Assembly (NCBI GenBank): GCA_002327315.1 | Contig: DCVI01000173.1 | Coordinates: 10,971 to 57,684, forward strand | Length of the DNA: 46,714 nt | Source: Syntrophaceae bacterium UBA2192 | Lineage (GTDB): Bacteria; Desulfobacterota; Syntrophia; Syntrophales; UBA2192 | Reading direction: 5' to 3' | Notes under the pieces: generated by a model | Seen by the model: the letters and a program-made list of their open reading frames with translations, nothing else | Databases searched by the model: none | Told to the model about the DNA's origin: nothing | Program-made: the position numbers and the translations under genes | Shown here: positions 36,020-45,400 of the stretch, one piece after another | How positions within the stretch are numbered: position 1 is the stretch's first letter | Layout of the letters: every line of letters starts with the position of its first letter

Positions 36020-36368
36020 GATGGTGATGTCGGATCGTGAAGTCGAGGCGTCGGTCCTCACGAAGGGGGCGCTGATGCTCCGCAACTGCCAGGAGAACTG
36101 GACGAGCGGCGGAAACAACGGCATGCTCGACGAGGCCCTCCGGTACAACCAGCTCGTCTGGAGCATCTTCCAGGGGGAGATCACCCGGAGGGACCACCCG
36201 ATGCCCCTGGAGCTGCGGCAGAAGATCCTGACGCTCAGCCGGTTCGTCGACCGGCGCATCTTCGAGGTCATGGCCTATCCCCACTCCGGAAAGCTCAACG
36301 CCATCATCAATATCAATCTCAACCTGGCCGCCGGACTGAGAGGGTCGTCCGGGGTCGAGGAGGACTGA
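35982..36368 (+). CDS. flaF: Flagellar regulator/chaperone FlaF
   Basis: QAYQ...REVEA...ALRYNQLVWSIF...MPLELRQKILTLSRFV...ININLNLAAGL. Confidence 0.92.
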   Translation: MQTQVQAYQNTHKMVMSDREVEASVLTKGALMLRNCQENWTSGGNNGMLDEALRYNQLVWSIFQGEITRRDHPMPLELRQKILTLSRFVDRRIFEVMAYPHSGKLNAIININLNLAAGLRGSSGVEED

Positions 36369-36398
36369 GAAAAAATCTGTACGATGGAGATCCGAAAC

Positions 36399-36431
36399 AA
36401 GGGCGGCCGACACTTCAGTCAGGCCGCCCTT
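36399..36431. terminator. Probable bidirectional terminator between flaF and the convergent glycosyltransferase gene
   Basis: AAGGGCGGCC...GGCCGCCCTT stem with short T-rich tails on both strands. Confidence 0.55.
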
Positions 36432-36451
36432 TCCGTTTCATCACCTCAAAT

Positions 36452-39400
36452 TCATCGCTGCACCGAACAACCGCTCCCCTGCCGGCTCCGGTCCGGGGAT
36501 GGCAGGGACGGTCCGTTGTCGGTCCGGGGTTGCCAATCCATGAGGATCAGCAGCTTATTGGCCTGGTCTTTTTTCCCCACCTTGCGCAGCTTCTCGATGA
36601 CGGGAAGGATCTGCGAGCGAGGCTCGAGTCCCGTCTCGTGAAGCCGCTGGAGGTGCTCGGTGCTCGTTCCCGCATGGCCGGCCAGGGCGTAGCAAATGGC
36701 AAGAAGGCTCAGGGCAGGGGGGTAGGCCGGCTCGTTTTTTAAAATCTTTTCCGTCATCTTGATTGCCTTTCGGACATCCCCGGCGAAGAATTCCGCGGCG
36801 GCGCAGTTCAGCAGGAGCTCCCTCGTGCCGTTCGCGTGAACTGCGGCCTTCCGGGCCTCATCGAGCGCCTCGTCGAAGCGATCCGCGTTCAGGCAGGCAT
36901 TGATCAGGTTCACGTAGGCCCGGCTCACATCCTGTGCCGGCTTGCCGTCGAGATATCTCCTCCACAACCGGATCGCGTCGTCGTAGCGGCCCAGTTCGCC
37001 CGCCTGGATCGCAAGCTCCAGGATCGCCCGGGGAGTTCCGCCCGTTTCCTCGATCTTTTTCATTCCCAGCAGAAAGTAGCGCTCGCCCTTCTCGGTGACG
37101 CGCATCCGGTCGAGCTTGCCCGTGTGGTGGACGGGGACGTCGCACGCGACGATTTTCATGCCCGCCCCGAGCATCGACGGCTCGACCAGTTCGTGCACGG
37201 CTCCGGAGAAACGGATCCGGGGGTCGCGCCGGAAGAGCCGTACCTTGCGGTTGGGATACCAGCCCGTTCCGGCCTCCTCGTCGCGATAGGAGCCGTCATT
37301 GGCCGTCCACCCTGCGGTGTTGGGCTCGATGACGTAGTTCCGTGTCGTGAGATCGTAACCGCCGATGCCTTTCGGACTCTTTCGGATGAGGGACCTGAGC
37401 TTTTCGTGATCCCGGGACGAAACGGTCTCGTCGGCGTCGATGACCAGGATCCAGTTGCCTCCGGCCTTCGAAAGGGAGAAATTTCTCGCATGGGAAAAGT
37501 CTTCGTCCCAGGCAAAATCGAAGACCTTTGCGCCGAAGACGGCCGCGACGTCCTTTGTGCGGTCCGTCGAGCCCGTGTCGACGACGACGATCTCGTCGAC
37601 GGCGGCCTTGACGCTCGAGAGGCAGCGGACGAGGTTGGGCTGCTCGTTTTTGACGATCATGCAGAGGGAAAGGGTATCCCTTTTTGCTTTATCCTTGATT
37701 TCCAGGGGACCGATTTTGTTTCTCACTTCCAGGGCGGCGGCGATGAAACCGTCGTCCGTCTCGAAAGCGGCCATGGCGGCCTCGATCTCCTCCATTGCCG
37801 TCCCGTGGTCTTCCTGCGAGATGAGCAGATCGATCAGGAGGAAGACGATCGTGCGGCTCGACGGGTAGAGGTTCCGGGCTTCGCGGAAGAACTTCTCCGC
37901 CCGGGGATGGGCTCCGAGCGACACCGCCGCGGCGTGATAGCGCTCCGTCAGATCGACCACGTGGGGCGAGAGGATGAAACCTTTTTCCAGGAGGTCGATG
38001 GATTCGTCCCGCTCACCGGCCGTCCAGAGCAGGACGCCCAGATTCGTCAGGGGTTCTCCCCAGGATGGATCGGCCGCGGCCGCCTTCTCGAAGTATTCTC
38101 TCGCCTCTTCTGCGGCGTTTTGCCTGAAGGCAAGGATGCCCTTGAGATTCAGCGCGGGGGCATGGACCTCGTTCATGGAAAGGGCCAGATCGGCAAGATT
38201 CCCGGCCTCCTCCAGCTCGTTCAGGCCTTCCCTGCACTGTCCTTCCAGCACCAGCCTGTCCGCGTCCCCGGATGCGATGGGGCATTGCCGGAGGGCATCG
38301 AGGGCATCCCCGTGTCGTCCTGACTGAATCAGCATATGCGCAAGCTCGGTATAGTTGCGCTTGTCCTGGGGATCTTGCCGGATCGCGGAGAGGTACAGGT
38401 CTACCGCTCCCTTCACGTTACCCTGCTGAGAGCTCTTCCAGGCCAGCTCCCGGGCCACGAGAGCCCGGATCTTCCGCCCCTCATGGGGCTTCTGCTCGAT
38501 GTCACGCCACTTGTCATTATAAATTTTTCGATTTCCCGTGAGGGAAGAGCCGTAGTCGATGCGATTTCCGATGAAGCTGCGGCTCCCGAAGTGGTGGATG
38601 AAGACATCGCCTGCGATCACATTCCGATAGCCTGCAAGGGCCGCTCTCGCGCAGAAGTCGTCGTCCTCGAAGTTCCCCGTGCCGAAGCTCTCGTCGAGCG
38701 GGCCGATCTGATCCACAAGACTGCGCCTGAAGAGCATGCAGAAGCCGACCACCCGCCTGGCTTCTGTGCGACGATGACGGTTTTTCTCCCTGAAGGATCG
38801 GGTATAGCTTTCGAGGCCCTCGATGGCATCGTAGCCGACCCTCCCCACCTTCTGGACCCCGCTGATGTTGTTTGTCATGGGTCCGACGATTCCAGCCTCG
38901 GGCGTGCTTTTCAGGCATTCCAGCATGCCCGAGAGCCACCGATCGGTCACGACGGTATCGTTGTTGAGCAGGAGGATATAGTTGCCCGTGGCGGCCTCGA
39001 TGCCCTGGTTGCATCCCTTGGCGAAGCCGAGGTTCTTGCCATTTTCGATGAGCCGGTAGCCGGTGTTCTCCTTGACGAGCTCTCTGAGCCATTGGAGGGT
39101 TCCGTCCTTGGACCCGTTGTCGACGAAGATGATCTCGTGGGGCTCCGGCGTGTGCCTCCGGATGCTCTCGACGCACTTTTTCGAGTAGTCGAGTTCGTTG
39201 AACGTGAGGATGACGATGGAGACATGATCCCCCATATCCCCGGTTTTCAGGGGCATGCCGGAAGGCAGTCTATCTTGAGGGGACACATATTCACGGATGA
39301 TGCCCGCCTCTCCTTTTTTCACGGTTCCATCCTGTTCTGCAACAAAATCCGGACGGATCTTGGCCTGCCATTTCGCGTGCATGTGATGCAGATCAGCCTG

Positions 39401-42400
39401 GGCAAGTTGCACCTGCTCAGGGGCATAACGGTTCCCGAAGCGGAAGACGGTGCTTGCCGGTTGGCAGACAACGAGCCAACCTCTTTTCTGAAGCTTGAAG
39501 AGAAGATCGAAATGATAACCCCAGATGTGGAATTTCCTGTCGAAACCGCCCACATCCTCGAACGCCGTTCTGCGGATCAGAAGGCAGGATGAGTCGAGGA
39601 CCTGTACGATTCGGGGTTTCCCATCTTCGGAACCGTCCAGGGTCTGGGCGCTGACGATGCCTCTGAAAGTCAGAGGATCTTTCGAGCGTTTATCGTGCAG
39701 GACGATCTGCCCGGCGGAGTATACCTGACCATCGGGAAGAATGAGGTTGGGACCCACGGCGCCCACCCTGGCATCGTCCGAAACGAGCGCTACAAGAGGG
39801 CTGATCCAGTCAGGCAGGACTTCTGCTTCCTCACTCAAAAAGACCAGGTACCGGCCATTGGCGGCTTCGGCGCCCCGATTCAGCGACTCTGAGACGGATT
39901 CATCCTTTTTGCCGGCTATCACTTTGATATGGCGGTTCAACCGTTCAAGGTGAAGGGTTGTTTCTTCTTGCCCGGTCCGATTGATGACGACGATTTCGCA
40001 GGTATTCTTGCCGGTGTACGAAAGAAGGGCTCTGAGGCAGTTCTTCCCGTATTCGAGCGTATCGGACAGGGGAAGGATGACAGACACCTTCCCCTGCACG
40101 CAGGGAGAAGGAACAACATCACAGGGTGACGCATGCTTTTCTTTGAAATCTCCGCTCGTGCCGGGATGACATTCAGCTTGCAAGGCAGCGGCGATTCTAA
40201 GATGAGGAAATGCCCGATCCGGGGTTCCCCTCCGCTGGAGGCAATCGGCCATGGCGAGATGGATCTGCGCACTCTTTTCTTTTGCGACATTCAGCCATTC
40301 GGTCTTGAGGGTTGCCTCTCCTGTATGACCTTGCGCCGTCAGTTGCTTGATCTCGTGCTGCAGGATTGCCCTCTCTCGGGCAGAGGACTGAAGGGATCGC
40401 GCCAGATGATAAAAGTGCTCCTCAAGGCATGATGGATCCGCTGCCACTCCCTTGAAGAGATGCCAGTCCGGATTTGGAAACTCCTCGGGACCGTACCGTA
40501 AGGCCCTTCGCGTCGCTTGGAGGAATTGTCTGCCGAATTTCAGATCCGGCTCGAGGTGACAGCCGTCCGCCCAGCTGTTCCACGCATTGATAAAGACGAT
40601 GCGACGATCCGGAGTCCTGTTTCCAACGCGCTGTAATTCCATCCGGAGCCAGCTTTCGTAGGATCCCGGGGATGCGTGGTGGAGGATGGTCGCACCGGCC
40701 GCAGGCCTTTTGGGAGAATCGTCCCAGGACGGTGCGACGCAACTGAAAAGGGATGGGTCCTGTGCCGTGCTGCTGTTTGCTTCCGCCATATAGGGCCAGG
40801 CGACATAGTAGGGAATGACCAACTGCTTCGCGGTCCCCCATCTTTCTTTTCCGTTCAGGATGCGGTTCAGCCATTGCCGGTTCTGATCCTCCAGGTAGCG
40901 TCGAGGAAACTCGAAGCCGGGCTGGTAGAGAAGACCGCCATCGAAACCGAGACGCCTCCAGTGATCGTCCGTTACGCCTGCGGTGTCGTGGACAGCCATC
41001 AGGAACAGACCTTTGAAGCCATTCCGTTCCGCCAGCTTTTTCCAGCAAGCTGTCAATGAGCCGATATCGGGGATTTCCGAAGGGTTGGAAATCAGAAGAA
41101 GCGGTTTGCCTTCTATCGTGATGTAGCGGCGATCCCTGAAGGCCTTCAGGAGCCATTGAAATTGATTCTCGAAGTCTTCTTCTCCCCCGTACGTTTGTGC
41201 TTGCAGGATTTCCGGCTCCAGACCGTACTGTCTCCTGGTCAAGTCTCCGTTGCGCCAGGCGAGACAGAAAGGGATATCGGGCTGACCGCAGGCAAGGGTG
41301 TCCTGGAGCGGCCCTTCCAGCATCATTTTTCCATTGAACCAGTAATACCAGAAGCAGAATCCGTGGATTCCATGCATCCTGGCGATCCGGGCCTGCTCTT
41401 CCCTGATCCGGCGGTCTTGAAGATCGTAGAACCCGAAATCCGATGGCAGATGGGGTTGATAGTGGCCGGGGAAGCAGGGCTTGGTCTGTGTGACCGGCCG
41501 CCAGTCTGTAAATGACTTGCCCCACCAGATGTCATTCTCGATGATCGAGTGGAAGTGCGGGCTGTAGAAGGCGATGAGCTTTGCCCCGTTGCCGGATAGC
41601 CCCTCCGTCGTTCCCAGACCTTTCCGGCCGGCCGTTTCCCGGGCAGACCAATCGTGCCGCGAAGGGATGGTTTTCTGCCGAATCCTGTTTCCGACCGCAT
41701 TGAGCACCTTCTCCACGGAGATGTCGGAGGCGGGACCTTTCGTGTTTCGGAGGATCTGCACCGTCTCCCCCCCCGCGTAGTGACCGGTGTAAGGCAGGTA
41801 TACCCTGAAGTTGACAAAGTGTCCGAGCAAGATAATGCCGGGGGTGCCGACGGCATTGGCCAGATGGGCCGGGCCGCTGTCGATTCCGATGAATAATTCC
41901 GAACGCTTGATCACCTCCGCTGTTTCGAGCAGCGAAAGCCGTCCGCACTGGTTCAGGGTCCCTGCCTGTCCATGCCGGCTGAGAACGGAACGGATCCCGA
42001 TCTCGACAACGGGCAGGTCGAACCGCTCCCGGATCGACCGGGCGAGCTGATCCCACTTGTCGTCCCGCCAGTCCCTCCGCGGGTCATTGGAGAGGCAGTG
42101 TAGCGTAATGAAACGCGGAGGCAGATCGAGGGAGTCCACTTTTTCTTTTATGGAGTCCGGGATATAGACCCTCGGGGCATCGTTGAGTTCCTGCAATCCG
42201 GCGCCTTTGCAGAAGGCCTGGAGAAGGCTTCCATGAGAGTAGTAGGTCTCCTCGGTGATGCCAGTGTTCCCGCTGCTCTTCTGCAACGCGACGTTGCAAA
42301 CGGGGCAGCTCTTGCCGTTGACATGCAGATCGATGATCTTGTCGAAAACGCCGCTGTCGGCCAGAGTGATCCATTCGGTGAGACACCGAACAGCCAGAGT

Positions 42401-45400
42401 CTCATCGATGTTGGGATTCGCGTCTACCAGTTCCCTGTAGCGTTCGTTGACAACCCAGACGATGTGGGCCTCCGGATGATTCTCCCGGAGAAAACGGGAT
42501 ACCGGCTCGCAGGCGACAATGTCACCGAAATGCTCCGTCAGCCCGATGGCAATCGTCGTTTTCGGCTTTCCGATGACCACGGGGGCCGATTCGTGATCGG
42601 AGGTCAGTTCCGCCACCCGGGGAATGTCCATCTCGTGCCTGAACGAGGATGGGGCGCGGTGAGACGTAATCTCGGAAAGCGTCTCTAGCGTATTTCGTTC
42701 GGAGAATTGCTCGGCAATCGTCTCGGCGGCCTGTCTGCCCATCTTTCGGCACAGTTCCCTGTTGTGAAAAAGCTCGATCATGTATTCGCCGAAGTCGTGG
42801 GCACTTTCTGCGATGAACCCGTTGACGCCATGAATGACGGGAGAGCTCTTTGACACGTTCTTCAAGGTGATCACGGGCAGGCCCTGCGCCATGGCTTCAG
42901 GAATCTTGACCTGCATCCCTGTCCCGCCGATCAAGGGGCAGATCGCGAACTTGCTCGCGGCGTAGTGCGCCTTGATGTCCTTCACGAAGCCGAGAAGCCT
43001 CGTGCCCGGGGCTTCCACGAAATGCTTGCAGGCGTCGCCCAGGACGTCGCAGGTCAGCCGCCCTTCCTTTTCGAGGATGGCCGGCAGGACACGAGACGCA
43101 AGGTAGAGATAGCCCTGGATGTTGAAGAGATTGTCCCCGGCAGCGAACACCGGTGGCGCATCGTACGTGTTGTGATTCGGGGACACGGAAAAAGTCATGG
43201 GGATGTAGATGACTCTCGTGGAACGGGCTTTATGCCGGATCTTCGACGCCTCGTCCGGTGAGATCGCGATGGTGTAGTCATAACGGTTATAGATGTCGTA
43301 CTCATCGTCGTCGGCATCGAGGGCGAATTTCCGGAAGAAATCCTCTCGGACCAGCTCCGGCGGAACCTTCCCGGCGTCAAAAGGGGGATTCGCCAGGTGG
43401 TTGCCCAGGGCCTGCTTCATCTTGATGCCCAGAGTAAGAAGGTCATGCGTGTCGATGAGGGTCCGAGTCCCCGAGAAATCATCTCCAGAGGCAAGCGCCC
43501 CCCAGTAGGCATAATTCATCATGACGATGTCGGGCGCGAGGGTTGAATGCAGGTGACGGAAATAGTCGACAAGACCCGGCGGGGTGTACTGCTTCCAGTT
43601 GATCAGCCCGTGGTTCTGCCGGGAAACCGTGTCGATGTATTGCCGGTCTGCTCCGTTTCCTCGATAGAGAGCGACCTTGATGCCGTATTCTTTTTCCAGT
43701 TGCTCGGCGCTCCCCTGGTTCCAGGGAAAATGGGCGAACAGATCGGTACTCGCGACCGTCACCCTGAAGCCCAACTCCTTGAAGGATCTCAACATGGACA
43801 GAAAGCGCTGGTGGGCCCCCGTTCTTGGCGGATGGGGGTTTTGCGGGAAAAAGAACAGCACTTTTCTTTCCGCAGCGTCCGGGGCGATGGAACGGCTTGA
43901 GACGTCCGAGGGCATCTGAAACAACCGGGTCCTGGAAGCCGTCACGGGCTGTTCGCCCGTCCGGGTCGGGTGTGCTTCATGCCGGATCAGTTCCTCTTTC
44001 CATTTATCGACAAATTTCCTGCGGTTGATCTCGATATACTTCTTGATGCCCGACTTCGTGTCGCGACCCGCCGTGATCGACTCGTGATGAATCACAACGG
44101 CCCGGGGATTGTAGACGACCTTGTACCCTATTTTCCGCAGACCGAAACACAGGTCCGTTTCTTCGTAATAGGCAGGGATATAACGTTCATCGAGTCCCCC
44201 CAGTTCGTCAAAAAGGCTCTTGCGGACGAGTAGACAAGCGCCCGAACAGTAATCGACCTCGCAGGCAATATTATAAATGTCTTTTCCCGGATCGTCGCCA
44301 TATCCGAAATTCCAGCCGTTCCCGTCCGAGAAGACGATCCCTCCCGCTTCCTGAAGTCTTCCGTCAGGCAGGATCAGCTTGGCGCCCACAGCACCCACCC
44401 GCGGGTTGCCGTCGGCCACCTCGATCAGGCTTTCCAGCCAGCCCGGGATCGGCTCTGTATCATTATTCAGAAAGATGAGGTACTCGCCCCGGGCAAGTTC
44501 CGCTCCCTGGTTGCAGGCGATGACGAATCCCGTGTTCTCCGTGTTGGCGACGATGTTGACCGCATCGCCGAGACCCTTCAGGTATTCCGCCGTCCCGTCG
44601 CTCGACGCATTATCGATAACGATGAGCTCATAAAGATCCCGCGGCGTGTTTTTCCGCAGCGTATCGACGCATTTCTTCGTGTAATCGACCTTGTTGAAGA
44701 CGGGGATGATGATGGAAGCCCTTTTCTTCCGGTCCATGTCTTTGACGTTGTGAGTCGCCATGGCACCCGGAGCCCCTCCCTCACGGTGAAGGTCCCCAAC
44801 CGATTCCTTTCGTCCTTCTGCACAGGAAAGCGATGTCTCTTCGATGGGAGATTGAACTCGGCGGATGCTTTCCAAGGTTTTCCTCGCCTCTTCATCCTGG
44901 GGATTGATATTCAGGATCCTTTCAAAGAAGACGGAAGCGTCTTCCAGAAGACTCCTCTGAACGCAAATTGAACCGATTGCCTTGAGGGCATCCAGATCGT
45001 CAGGATCTCCCTGAAGGATACGGTGATAGATTCTCAGCGCGTCTTCCATGCGTCCCGCATCGACGAAGTAGAGGTCCGCGAGGTTTTTTAATAACGTGGG
45101 ATCGTCGGGATTTAAGGCAACAGCCTTTTCATAGTGGCAGCACGCTGTTGCCGTGTCGCCTTTGCGATAGTGGAGAAATCCGAGGTCATTGTAAGCCAGG
45201 GCATGTTCGGGACTAACCTGCAGCAATTTCTCGAGCTTTCCGATGGCTCTGTCCGCAAGCCCCCGCCGGGCAAGCATGCGGGCTTCCCGCAGGAGACTCT
45301 CGGGGTCACCCTCCACGCACTCCTGTCCCCTGGCATCCAGGGCATCGAATGTCTTGCCGGCAAGCTCGTTTGAGGGATCCATTTCCAGAACCCGCAGATA

